Assembly: GCF_006345805.1 (NCBI RefSeq)
Contig: NW_021835233.1
Span: forward strand, 186,001-250,000
Direction of reading: 5' to 3'
Source of the DNA: Octopus sinensis
Lineage: Eukaryota
Length of the DNA: 64,000 nt
In this document: one piece after another, positions 24,391-37,275 of the stretch
How the letters are laid out: the number at the start of each line of letters is the position of its first letter
How positions within the stretch are numbered: position 1 is the first letter of the stretch
The notes under the pieces: model-generated
The model's input: the letters and a program-made list of their open reading frames with translations, nothing else
Databases searched by the model: none
Told to the model about the DNA's origin: nothing
Translations under genes and position numbers: made by a program

Positions 24391-26214
24391 AAAAAAAAGA
24401 GTATATATATATATATATACGGCAGTGCATCAGCATGGCCGCAGCTCTGAGCTGAAACTAGAAAAAAAAATATATATATCTTACACTCTCAGAGTAGTTG
24501 GCAGTAGAAAAGGTATCCAGCTGTAGAACACTGGAGTCTGGTACAGCATTCCAGCTTACCAGCCCCAGTCAAACTGTTCAACCTATGCCAGCATGGACAA
24601 GAGACTTGAAGTGATGATGATGATGATGATGATTGATCTATGCTGTTCTATTTCCATGCTGCATGGGGTTTTTTGGGATGGTGGTGGTGGTGGGGGGGGG
24701 CGTCATTTATTGCCTGACGGTTAAATGGTATATTGTTCTGCCAGTTTACATTCATTTCATTTTTGACATGTCTTCATTTCTGGAACGTGTTATAGAATGT
24801 GAAACAGCATATCTGTTGGTCTTTGTTCATTAATTAATCTAAATGTTTGAAGTCCTCGGCTCTTTTAATCTTTCAGTTATGACTACTTTCCATGTTATGT
24901 AGCAGTGATATATCAGTAGATTTTCCGCAATGCATATAGTACATCATCATCATCATCATTTAACGTCCGTCTTCCATGCTGCATGGGGTCTGGAAAACCA
25001 GGAGGCTGCTCCAGGCTCCAATCTGATCTGGCAGAGTTTCTACAGCTGGATGCCCTTCCTAATGCCAACCACTCTGAGAGTGTAGTGAGTGCTTTTTATA
25101 TGCCACCGGCACAGGGCCCAGAGGGGGCTGGCAATGGCCTCGATCAGTTGGTGCTTTTATGTCCCACTGGCATAGATAGCAGTCAAGGCAGTGCTGGCAT
25201 CAGCCACATTCAGATGGTGCTTTTTACATGCCACCAGCACAGGTATCACAACTATAATTTCCATTTGATTTTTATTTTGATGTTGATGTACTTGACTCAG
25301 TAGGTCTCTTCAAGCACAGCAGGTTGCCCTACGATCCAAGATACACTTGTTCTAATTCGTTCTATAACTTTTGAGATTGCAATGTCCTTTTTGGGAGATA
25401 TTTTTATGTTTTATAGATACCAATTTTTAATTTCTATGCTTAGTAGCTATATATTTAATAAGATTTTGCTTATATTCCATGTAAATATACGCAGGTGTGT
25501 TTGTAATGGGTATATTACACTAGTGTTTTACTCTTGCTGTTTGTCTATTGGTTCCCTACCAGCATTTATGTTTTTAATGCTGTTGACACTGCCAGATTGA
25601 ATGTTACTACCCAGTTGTCAAAACTATAGTGATATCCACTAGGCAGCTGATGATGAGAATATATGGTTGATGTGCTGGTTGTTTGGAAATTTTATATATC
25701 TTACAGTCTTAGTATTCTGACCTGTTCTTCATTCTTGTTAGGTTGAACTTGTTAAAGAGTTCATGTTTATGGTGATTGTATTATTACTTACATTGATATA
25801 GTATGATTGCCTTCATTGGTAGTCTTATATGACTAGGATAATACTTAAGGGTTTTCTAGTTTTGAGAGGTTCTCTGTGATATAAATGTAGCTCTGATACT
25901 GGTGCCACATAAAATGCATCCAGTGTGAACTGTGAAATGGTTGGCATTAGAAAGGGTATCCAGCTGTAGAAGGAATGCCAAAACTGAGGATGGAGCCTGG
26001 TGCAGCTCCTGTCAATACATCCAGCTTGTGCCTACATGGAAAATGGATGTTAAATGATCATGATGATTTTGTACACACACAATTAATGAGCGAGATGGAA
26101 GATGGAAGATTCAAGAATCTTTATTAAGCACTATAATTGTTTCGACCCTCCTAGTATTGGTCCCGGATACTGTACAACTGGTTTAGGTGCTTCCCTTAGT
26201 GGATAGGTGTTTAC

Positions 26215-26412
26215 GCCGGCTGAAATGCTTAGCAGTATTTCATCTGCCGCTATCTTCTGAGTTCAAATTCCACTGAGGTTGACTCTGCCTTTCATCCTTT
26301 CAGGGTCGATTAAATAAGTACCAGTTACGTACTGGGGTCGATGTAATCGACTTAATCCTTTTGTCTGTCTATGTTTGTCCCCTCTATGTTTAGCCCCTTG
26401 TGAGTAATAAAG
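26215..26412 (+). mobile_element. SINE family B
   Basis: One core unit. Confidence 0.75.
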
Positions 26413-26480
<68 letters not shown>

Positions 26481-27215
26481 ATCTATATACACACACACAC
26501 ATTCACACACACACACATGTAATGTAATACACTCACATATATCATCATTATCACCATTTAGCAACTGATTTCGATACTGGTGTGGGCTTGGTGGTTTGAC
26601 TGGAGCTGGTAATGCCAGGGCTGCACCAGGCTCCATTATCTATTCTGGAATGTTCTGGAATGTTCTGCAATGGTTTCTACAGCTGGATGTCTTTCCTGAT
26701 GCCAACCACTCCACAGAGCAGACTGGGTGTTTTTTTAATGTGGCACCAATACCAGTACTTTTAACTCAATACACACACACACACACACATTCACACACAC
26801 ACACATACACATATACACACAATTATTTATACATACACTTCATTCAGAGAATATGTATATGTATGTACATACATGCATATATACATATACACCTATATAA
26901 ATGCACCTACTACCACCAACCCACCACCACCACTACTAATACTATCACTGCCACCACCACTGTTGTTACTTCAACCTAGCTGGATGTAAATTACATCCTT
27001 TTAACTGAAGCTCGAGTTAACGAGTATGTCAAAATGATATATTAATAATTAACTTACAGCTTTCAACTTAAGGCTTTCTGATTTCATAGAGTGAGTTCTT
27101 AGTTATGTTTGGTTTCCATTTCAAAATAGTTTTATCTGTGAGTATAGAAGTCAAAAAAAAAAAAAAATATTGATTTGTACATTACTGTAATTGTTTTTAC
27201 TTATTCCTATTTCAG

Positions 27216-27387
27216 GCTCATTCGTTTGGCACGTAAACTTGACAAAACAGATCAAGAGATTTTGAATCTCTGCGGAAGTTACCTGATGAAAATGGAGAAG
27301 TATTCCCTGGCTGCCGAAGTGTATCACAAAATTGGAGATATAAAGTCGATAATTAATCTCTGGGTGAAAGCAAGACAATGGGATGAT
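27216..27387 (+). CDS. IFT122: IFT122 internal exon (window exon 5)
   Basis: ttcag|G CTC...GAT|gttcgt. LIRLARKLDKTDQEILNLCGSYLMKMEKYSLAAEVYHKIGDIKSIINLWVKARQWDD matches LIDIARKLDKAE...TQRWDE. 172 nt. Confidence 0.95.
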
Positions 27388-27952
27388 GTTCGTTGAATTT
27401 ATTGTATATCTCGTTTATCATTAAGCTGGAATTTTATATTTATATTTATATTTTTGTCTATGTCTTAGTTTATACATTTTATTATAAATGTAGACACAGT
27501 TGTAGCTGTGTGGTTAACAGGCTGTATAGGTATAGGTGTGGCTGAGTGGTTAAGAAGTCTGTTTCCCATCCATGTGGTTTTGGGTTTGGTCCCACTGCAT
27601 GGCACGCTTTAGCTGTACCATCTAAAGTGTTTTCCATGGATTTGGTTGGGAAACTGAAAGAAACCTGTTTATATAAGTGTATAGGTGTGTGTGTGTTTGT
27701 GTATATTTTATATCCTGGTGTTGTATATAAAATTTAACGAAACAGGGGTAAAGAAATAATTCACGCAATGCTCTACTGTTACTGTTACACGAGGTTAAAA
27801 GTTTCCTGCCAATGGCTCACAGTAAACTGCTTCCCCTGAATTACTGATGGTTCTGCTTTGAGTAATGTGTCAGTCCACTTTGGTCACTTGGGGGTGGTCA
27901 AAATCATTCCATGAGAGTATGAATTTGCTTCCAGTACCAAAAACATACTAAG

Positions 27953-28335
27953 GCGGCGACCTGGCAGAAACGTTAGCACGCCAGGTGAAATACTTAGCAG
28001 TAATTCATCTGTCTTTACATTCTGCATTCAAATTCTGCCAAGGTCGACTTTGCCTTTCATCCTTTCGGGGTCGATAAATTAAGTACCAGTTATGCACTGG
28101 GGTCAATATAATCAACTTAATCCATTTGTCTGTCCTCTCTGTTTAGCCCCTTGTGGGTATTAAAGAAATAGGTATTTCATCTGTCTTTACATTCTGATTT
28201 CAAATTCCGCTGAGGTCGACTTTTCCTTTCATCCTTTCAGGGTCAATAAATTAAGTACCTGTAGTGTACTGGGGTCGATCTAATCAACTAGCCCCTCCCC
28301 CAAAATTTCGGGCCTTGTGCCTAGAGTAGAAAAAA
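27953..28335 (+). mobile_element. SINE family B
   Basis: Head GGCGGCGACCTGGCAGAAACGTTAGC; two core units. Confidence 0.8.
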
Positions 28336-28369
28336 AAAAGTACCAAAAAAGTACTGTTGGCAAAAGAGG

Positions 28370-29080
28370 CCGAATGTCCAGTCAGACATATAAAAATCAA
28401 CAGTGTCCTAACAGCCTTGCCCAGTCATCTCATTCTGAACACAGGCTAATGACATAAACTGAACACACACACACACACACATGTACACACGCATGCACAG
28501 AAGCAAACTACAAAATACCGAACAAAATACCTAAATTACTTCCATTCTCGAAGAAATCAAAGCCGTATCGATCGGCTCATTTTCATTTCTTAGACAGCAT
28601 CATTTATTGAATAATATCCAGATATCTATGAGAAATTCATATGAAGAAACATAAAACCTTTACCTAGACGACTAAAACAGCTGAACTAATGAATACAAAA
28701 TTCTAATTTCTCAGAAACGGAATCACAATCCAATATATAAGAACTAAACAACATGAAAATTGCCTGACCCAGTCAAAAGAAACAGGTCACACACACACAA
28801 ACACATGAAACAAAAAACACAGTAACTCGACACAGACGTGTTCGCAGTGTTAGCACATTTCAAAAGTAGTCACATTATATTACATGCTAAAATAAAGCGT
28901 ATCAGGCAAAATACCTATACTTCAAACAACCAGCAAATATTCTTATTGAACACTTCAATATACAAGAGTTATTACAAATTATACATTGGGAAACAAAAAA
29001 AGTAATCATAGAATCCTACACGCACATTTCCACTTTATAGATGAAGCGATAACACAGATCACATAACAAGAACGATGTAT
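28370..29080 (+). pseudogene. Possible Penelope-like GIY-YIG tail remnants
   Basis: Decayed peptides (TALPSHLILNTG; IIHWETKKVIIESY), each followed by a decayed hammerhead-like string (~28700, ~29040). Confidence 0.3.
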
Positions 29081-29234
29081 AAAACAAGAAAGAAAAGAAA
29101 GGAGAACGGAAAATTTTTACAAGTGAATAATATGATCTGGAAATATATTAGAAAGGTATCCAAAACAATCATGTTCTTAAAAATATGTTCAGTACTCCAA
29201 ATAGCACAACTAAATATTTGTAATACAAGGCTTA

Positions 29235-29627
29235 TAAGAATCTTTTCTACTCTAGGCACAAGGCCTGAAATTTTGGGGGAGGGGGCTAGTTGATTAGATT
29301 GACCCCAGTACATAACCGGTATTTAATTTATCAACTCCAAAAGGATGAAAGGCAAAGTCGACCTCAGTGGAATTCGAACTCTCAACATAAAGACAGATGT
29401 AATACTTATTTCTTTATTGCCCACAATGGGCTAAACATAGAGGGGACAAACAAGGACAGACAAAGGGATTAAGTCAATTACACCAACCCCAGTGTGTAAC
29501 TGGTACTTAATTTATCAACCCCGAAAGGATGAAAGGCAAAGTCGATCTCGGCGGAATTTGAACTCAGAACATAACAGCAAACAAAATACCGCCAAGCATT
29601 TCACCTGGCTGCTAACAATTCTGCCAT
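29235..29627 (-). mobile_element. SINE family B
   Basis: Reverse-complement copy, two core units. Confidence 0.8.
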
Positions 29628-29684
29628 GATGATGACGACGATGATGATGATGACGATGATGATGATGATGATGATGATGATGAC

Positions 29685-29715
<31 letters not shown>

Positions 29716-29800
29716 TTGGTGATGATGATGATAATGATGATGACGATGATGATGATGATGACGATGATGATGTTGGTGATTATGATGATGATGATGATGA
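29626..29800. repeat. Compound (GAT/GAC)n microsatellite
   Basis: Direct reading. Confidence 0.95.
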
Positions 29801-30639
29801 TAATGTCACCTGCATACAACATGTCATTCTTTGCACTATTTAAAATTACTTTTGGCCAACCCCAACCCCAATGAACCACAAGACTCTCCACCCCCAAATA
29901 TCTATAGATCTGTCTCCTTTCTTGTACCTCGAGGGTAAGCTCAGGCACCTCGTCTATGGCTAAGGGATACGTTCGGCTACCAGATCTTATCTGTATTTTA
30001 AATAAAGAATCTATATTTCAGTTTTCAATGGTTAAAACTGATGAAATCGCTGGGCCTGGAGACATATTCCAGCCAGAAGTGTAAACAATGTCATCGCATT
30101 TGCCTGAAGGGTGTTAATGAAGATAAATGGAGAAAACACTTAGACACATACATACACACATACTGCTTCACTATCACTTCTGTGTTGTTAGTCAATTGGT
30201 TAATTATCGAACCAACTAACTAACCAATTATTTGTTTAATGCGCTGGTTTGACCAACCAACAACTGATTGATTATTTAACGAGGACATTAAACAAATTAT
30301 TGGTTAGTTAATTGGTTAGATAATTAACCAACTGACTAACAATAAAGAAAAGATATTGAACCAGTGCATGTGTGTTATTGTCATTGGCATGATGAACCTC
30401 CCAAGACACAAGATATAAATATATATATATGAGTGGCACGTAAAAAGCACCCACTACACTCATGGAGTGGTTGGCGTTAGGAAGGGCATCCAGCCGTAGA
30501 AACATTGCCAGATCAGACTGGGCCTGGTGCAGCCTTCTAGCTTCCCAGACCCCAGTTGAACCGTCCAACCCATGCTAGCATGGAAAGTGGACGCAAAATG
30601 ATGATGATGATGATGATGAAACTCAAATCGAAATCAAAT

Positions 30640-31112
30640 TCGATGACTGGCATCCATGCTAGTGGAGTGCTAACAGCACCATCTGAGTGTGATTGTTGCC
30701 AGAGCAGCAAACTGGCTTCTGTTTCGGTGGCACATACAAAGTACCATTTGAGTGTGATCGTTACCAGTGCCACCTTACTGGCACTTCTGCCAGTGGTGCA
30801 GGAAAAAACATTTGAGCGAGGTCGTTGCCAGTGCCACTGGACTGGCTCCTGTGCAGGTGGCATGTAAAAACACCATTTGAGCGTGGCCATTGCCAGTACA
30901 GCCTGACTGGCCCTCACTGCTGGTGACACATAAAAGCACCCACTACACTCTCGAAGTTGTTGGCATTAGGAAAGGGTTCATACTGTAGAAACTCTGCCAG
31001 ATCAGATTGGGGTCTGGTGCAGCCATCTGGTTCACCAGTTCTCTGTCAAATCGTCCAACCCATGCTAGCATGGAAAGCAGATGTTAAACGATGATGATGA
31101 TGATGATGATGA
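30640..31112 (+). mobile_element. (GAT)n-tailed retroelement with 4 diverged monomers
   Basis: Monomer array 30660-30940, then core and GAT tail. Confidence 0.65.
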
Positions 31113-32338
31113 CGATATATATATTTATATATATATATATATAGAAAAAATTTACAGAGATCTATATTTTGAATCTTTTAAGAGAAACATTGGATTCAAA
31201 TTTTGGTGCAATGCCAGCAATTTTAGGGGAGAGGTTAAATCGATTACATTGACCCCCAATACTCAACTGGTGCTTATTTTATTGACCCCGAAATGATGAA
31301 AGGCAAACTAGACTTCAGTGGAATTTGAACTCAGAACATGATGAACAAAAAGCCACCAAGTGTTTTGCTAACCATACTAGACATTCTGCCATCTTGCTGT
31401 CTTAACTTTTAAGAGAAATATTAACAGCATTTGTGTGCTAATAAGTTTTGGTTTAGATACATTTTCCTCTGCATTTCATATTAAATTATGCTGAGCTTGC
31501 CATAGTTCATTTCAGACAAGTGCATCCATCTTTCTTTCTGGATGATGAATATGAAGAATTAACCCCTTTCACCTCTTTTGGATCTGCTGCCCTTCTGTAT
31601 CAGTACAATCTAATGCATTCTCCAATTGTCTTTGTGTATCTCTTCTCTGAGACTGGATTGTATCTATAAAGTTTAAATATCATAATACCTTTAAACCCTC
31701 CTGATCTTGTCACTCACGTCACCCTGCTCTCTGTCAGTTCCACTCATTCCAGTTATCCATTTCTAAACAAAGAACCATCTTCTGCGGCTGTCTTGTTTCA
31801 ACGGATTAGATCTGTTATTTTATTCATTTCTTCTTACTTCCTTCTGTCAACTTTGTCCATTTGTCCAGCCATGTTGCAATCTTATTTTGCAAGCTACTGG
31901 GAAATTCTATTTTCTTTCAATGTATAGCATAGCTGTAATCCATATATATATATATATACATAAATTAAATTAGAGATAAAACCACTATTAGGCAAATCAA
32001 ACTGAAAAACATAAACCAAAACATACAAATAAAAATAATTAATATAATATACAAAATATATAAAAAATACAAAATTTTAAATTTAAATTATTTAAATTAA
32101 AGTTAAAAATTAAAAATTATTAATTTATTTTTATAAATTTTTATATATATATATTTTTATTTTTATTTTTATTTTTTATTTATTTATTTATAAAAAAAAA
32201 TATATATATAACTATCAAAAAGTATTAAAAGTATATAAATTTAAAATAATAAGAGTGAAAAATTTAATATAAATTTGATTAATATCAATTTAAAACCAAT
32301 GGCCAAGCATACTGAAAACTTTGAAAATTCAGAATAAT

Positions 32339-32511
32339 TATATTACATACATATAAGAGGGATGACCACGAAGTGGACATCCATCATGCTAGAGGTAGAC
32401 ACCATATGGTATGACCACTAAGAAAAGATTGTTCTCAAGACCATATTTTGTCTACCTCTAGCATAATCGATGTCCACTTAGTTGTCATCCCTCTTATATG
32501 TATGTAATATA
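32339..32511. repeat. Inverted repeat, ~70-bp arms
   Basis: ATATTACATACATATAAGAGGGATGAC...TAGAGGTAGAC and its reverse complement, around a ~29-nt spacer. Confidence 0.85.
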
Positions 32512-32754
32512 TATATATATATATGTTTGTCTATATATATTCACACACACACCACATGTACATATATATATATAACCAGGCCTGTTCCCTATTTTTTTAG
32601 GAGGGGGTAACCAAAACATGACATACATCAGACATTCCATTCGTTTCCCAGCTCAAAGAGGCAAGCTCTGTTCTATTGCTTGGGACAACGTATAGAAATC
32701 AACCCCCAATATCAGCAGCGGGGCCTGAGAGCATATGCATATACGTATATATAT

Positions 32755-32793
<39 letters not shown>

Positions 32794-32845
32794 AATTGAG
32801 ATAGGGGTTGTAAATGCAACCCTCCATGGGATAACATAATTTGTG

Positions 32846-32876
<31 letters not shown>

Positions 32877-33174
32877 CATATGCATATATATCATCATCAT
32901 CATCATCATCACCATCGTTGTTGTCATTGTTTAATGTCCATTTTCCATGCTGGCATGGGTTGGACTGTTTGACACTGGTTGGGAAATCCAGTGACTGCAC
33001 CAGGCTCCAATCTGATCTAGCAATGCTTCTACAGCTTGATGCCCTTCCTAATGCCAATCACTTCAAGAGCGTAGTGGGTGCTTCTTACATGCCATATATA
33101 TGTGTGTGTATATATATGTACATATATATGTGTATGTATATATATATATATTATATATATATATATATATATAA

Positions 33175-34207
33175 CTAGCAGTATCGCCAGGCGTTGCTCG
33201 GGTTGTAAGGGAAATAACTATATAAGCATTTTTAGAGAGTTATAGCCAAAAAATAGCAAAAAAATGCATTAAAAATTGAAAAAAAATTAAGGTAAATTTT
33301 TTTTAAATCGTTGACACATCGTAGATATTTTTAGAGAGTTACTTCCCTTATATAAAAGCGAAAAAATGCATTAAAATGGAAAAATATGATGGTAAATTTT
33401 TTTTAAATCGTAGACTCATCGTAGACGCACACTAATACCCAGAAGGGCTCGTTTGTTATTCTGGGTAACTTTCTGTAAAATTATTAAAATTTTGTTCAAA
33501 CATCGCTATAGAAAATGGGTTATTAGCTAATATTCAATTGGGTATACAACAAAATTTTACGATAGAATTTGTTATTCTGGGTAACTTTCTGATACCCATA
33601 ATAATATTTACGGCAAAATAGTCTTAATTTCATTTAAGGTTGTGGGAAATAACAAACTATCCTTTCTTTCGGTTTGTTTACGTTTAGCGTAACGTTTTGT
33701 TTCTGCCGTAATGATTTCAAATAGGCTCATTCGAAAAAGTAAATAGAAATAGTCTAAGGCTTTACTCTTCAGGGAAAGTCTGTGGCTTGGTCCAGTTTCT
33801 TCAGAAAACTCACCGAAAGAAACAGTTTTTAAATTTTCACTCCATTCAGGTGCCAATTCGTTTTCTTTATCGCTGTCGGATTCACTGTTTTCACTTTAAT
33901 AGCTGCAAACTTGCAAAGGAGGAGAAGGGTGATAGCGTCAGTGAAACAGTTCGCTCCCTTTGTGTGTGTGTGCGTTTGCGTGTGGTGTAAACCACATTAA
34001 GAAAAACATTTGACATACACACCAGAATGTGAGTTTTCTGTAAATTTTGCTTAATTGGAGTTTAAATTTTAAAAACTGGACCTGGCATGACGCGATGCAT
34101 TCTACTCTTAAAATTGCTAGGTAAATTGTAATTGAAGAAATGCTATGTTGTAGATTTCTATAACTCCCAAAGGGAGGCAGATAAAATCTGCCTTTTATAA
34201 TAAGAGA
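33175..34207 (-). mobile_element. Non-autonomous Helitron carrying a piggyBac transposase fragment
   Basis: Minus strand: A|TCTCTTATTATAAAAGG 5' end; 3' hairpin and CTAG|T shared with the other copies. Confidence 0.7.
33570..33900 (-). pseudogene. piggyBac (PGBD4-like, DDE_Tnp_1_7) transposase N-terminal remnant
   Basis: SENSESDSD...W...FSEETGP...ALDYFYLLF...EIITAETKRYA...TTLNEIKTIL / frameshift / IIMGIRKLPRI follows the piggyBac pattern F-x-x-x-x-GP...YF...eTNrYA...T..Eik.f.g..i.MG...lP. Confidence 0.75.
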
Positions 34208-34221
34208 TATATATCTGCATA

Positions 34222-35781
34222 TCTCTTATTATAAAAGGCAGATTTTATCTGCCTCCCTTTGGGAGTTATAGAAATCTACAATATAGGATTTCTTCAATTA
34301 CAATTTACCTAGCATTTTTAAGAGTAGAATGCATCGCGTCATGCCAGGTCCAGTTTTTAAAATTTAAACTCCAATTAAGCAAAATTTACAGAAAACTCAC
34401 ATTCTGGTGTGTGTGTCAAATGCTTTTCTTAGTCTGGTTTACACCACACGCAAACGCACACACACAGTGTGCAACGAATAAAATGAAAGTAAATAGCGAC
34501 AGAGTGATTTGAGGAAAACTAAACTGAAAGTATTTAAACCACTACTCAAAAAATAAAAAAACACAGCAAACAGAAACAAATAAATACATAACCATTTACT
34601 CCTCACACAATTTCTTCAATTAGAATTTACCTAAGATTTTTCAGAGTACTTCATTGGGTGATGCCATAAAAAATTTCTTTCAATTTTACCACCAATTAAG
34701 ACAAAATTCGAGAAAACTCAATATTTTAACATATCACTCCGAAAGCATTGATGTACATGTGTGCATGCGTGAGTGTGTGTGTGTCATTCCTCACACACAC
34801 GCATACACATACATATACAACTACATACAACTACATACACATACAACTACATACAAACACGTGTGTGTTTGTTATTAGTAAAAAAGGCGCCAAAACTCAA
34901 CTCACTTATAATTCCAACACAATTGCAAAGACACACGGACGGACAGAAAAGGTAAATTGGTTTTTATTTTACTCTGTATATATTTTATTATATATTATAT
35001 ATAGATATATGTATATATAATTGCAGTATGAAACAGTGTTTATGTATAAACAGACGACACTTATATATAGTTACCAAGCCGTCCGAATTTACCTATTCAT
35101 ATTTAAATGAGAATATCAGAGCAAATCTCTTTAGTACATTCGTGAAAACACGTATTATACTTCGTAAACACTTCAACTACAGTTTTGTACAAAAATCGAA
35201 GTGTAATTTTAATTCCGTGAATTATGGGAGATTTTTTTCCGAAATTTGTTCCTATTGTGTTTTCAAAATTTGCAATTCTGACAAAAAATGGATACGAATT
35301 TCATTATATCAAGCAGCGAGTCAGAATTCGAAGGATTTTCTACTGAAGACCTTCATAAATCTAACTCTATGACTGAAAAAAAAAAGCAACTTTATATAAG
35401 AGTGAAGTTGTGTGTCTGTCTCCTACGATTTAGATTCCTAACTACTCCCACATTTTGCGGTGCAGTTTAACCAAAAGCGGGTATCTTATAGTCGTGATTC
35501 ATATCGAGCCCTTCTGGGTATTAGCGTGCGTCTACGATGAGTCTACGATTTAAAAAAAATTTACTATCATATTTTTCCATTTTAATGCATTTTTTCGCTT
35601 TTATATAAGGGAAGTAACTCTCTAAAAATATCTACGATGTGTCAACGATTTAAAAAAAAAATTACCTTAATTTTTTTTCAATTTTTAATGCATTTTTTTG
35701 CTATTTTTTGGCTATAACTCTCTAAAAATGCTTATATATTTATTTCCCTTACAACCCGAGCAACGCCGGGCGATACTGCTA

Positions 35782-35782
<1 letters not shown>
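34222..35782 (+). mobile_element. Composite Helitron-like unit (5' module shared with 33175-34207, ending in a short Helitron at about 35390-35782)
   Basis: A|TCTCTTATTATAAAAGG at 34222; CTAG|T at 35779-35783. That it moved as one unit is inferred. Confidence 0.55.
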
Positions 35783-35816
<34 letters not shown>

Positions 35817-36135
35817 CACACACACACACGCACACACACATATATATATATAAATTAGGAAAAAAAACACCTTTTATCAATTCAATAATGAAAAATTCAA
35901 TTATACCATCTAGAAAAATTACATCTTATAGAAAAATTAAATATACGATAAAACATATAACAATGATTAAGTAATGTGTAAAATAATAAATAAAATGTAT
36001 ATATTTGGTAGAATAACGACATGTGTTTCATGGCTCTCTCTCTCTCTCTCTCTCTCTCATATGGGAAGTACCCAAGCTTGGCCATAGCCTGAGGGCTGAA
36101 ACATATAAATGAATGAAAGAATATATATATATAAA

Positions 36136-36200
<65 letters not shown>

Positions 36201-36629
36201 CACACACACACACACACATATATGATAGGTTTCTTTTAGTTTCTTTGTACCCAATCTATTCACAAGGCTTCAGTTGGTCCAGGGGTAGAGTAGAAGGTAC
36301 TTGCCCAAGGTTCCATGCAGTGGGACAGAACCGAGAACCATGTGATTGAGAAGGAAACAGTTTAAATTTTCTTTGATTTAATTTGTCCCTTAATGCTAGA
36401 ATCCTTAACATAAGCTTAGAGCTATTTCAGTTTAATTACGTATTATCTATATTAAGAAGTAAGGGTCTTTGGCATTAAACTATTATCAAGCTTATAATAT
36501 TATCATTATAGGGACAACTCTTCTGCGAAACGATCGTAAGATGCTTAAATAATTAATTCAAAACTTTTAAACTATCAAATTTATTTTATACATTATATTT
36601 ATATTTTTATATTTATTTATTTATATATA

Positions 36630-37024
36630 TCTTTATATATAAAAGTGAAGTTGTGTGTCTGTCTCCTACGATTTAGATTCCTAACTACTCCCACATTTTG
36701 CGGTGCAGTGTAACCAAAAGCGGGTATCTTATAGTTGTGATTCATATCGAGCCCTTCTGGGTATTAGCGTGCGTCTACGATGAGTCTACGATTTAAAAAA
36801 AAATTTACCATAATTTTTTCCCATTTTTAATGCATTTTTTTGCTATTATATAAGGGAAGTAACTCTCTAAAAACGTATTATTAAATCTCAGAATGTAAAA
36901 AGCTACAGTAACACCCCCCTTTATGGTTAGCCATATTGAGATGGCTATTATACTTTACATCTCTAAAAATGCTTATATAGTTATTTCCCTTACAAACCCG
37001 AGCAACGCCGGGCGATACTGCTAG
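36630..37024 (+). mobile_element. Non-autonomous Helitron
   Basis: A|TCTTTATATATAAAAGTGAAG...hairpin...CTAG|T; close to 35390-35782. Ends 148 bp before exon 6. Confidence 0.8.
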
Positions 37025-37172
37025 TTTTTAATACAATAAGTTCTTTCACACGGGTATATCATCATGATGAGTTTGGATATTAATTTTCTTATATTAATAA
37101 TAATAATATATTATATATTAACCTTATAAAAGACATTTTCAAAAGTTCTGTGTATTTTCTGTTTACTTCCAG

Positions 37173-37275
37173 GCGTTTGCCCTTGCGGAACAGCATCCAA
37201 AGTACAAACAAGATGTCTATATCCCTCATGCCCAGTACCTTGCGGAGGCTGATATGTTTGAAGAAGCACAACAAG
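37173..37275 (+). CDS. IFT122: IFT122 internal exon (window exon 6)
   Basis: ttccag|GCG...CAA G|gtcgaa. [34 protein letters not shown] matches [34 protein letters not shown]. 103 nt. Confidence 0.95.

Noticed and set aside
29860-30140. Minus-strand peptide ending QIYRYLGV, like R2/NeSL RT
   Set aside because: Only the YRYLG motif is supportive; insufficient for a call.
31960-32330. Extremely AT-rich tract resembling a mitochondrial control region (numt)
   Set aside because: No mitochondrial gene or tRNA motifs; low complexity only.
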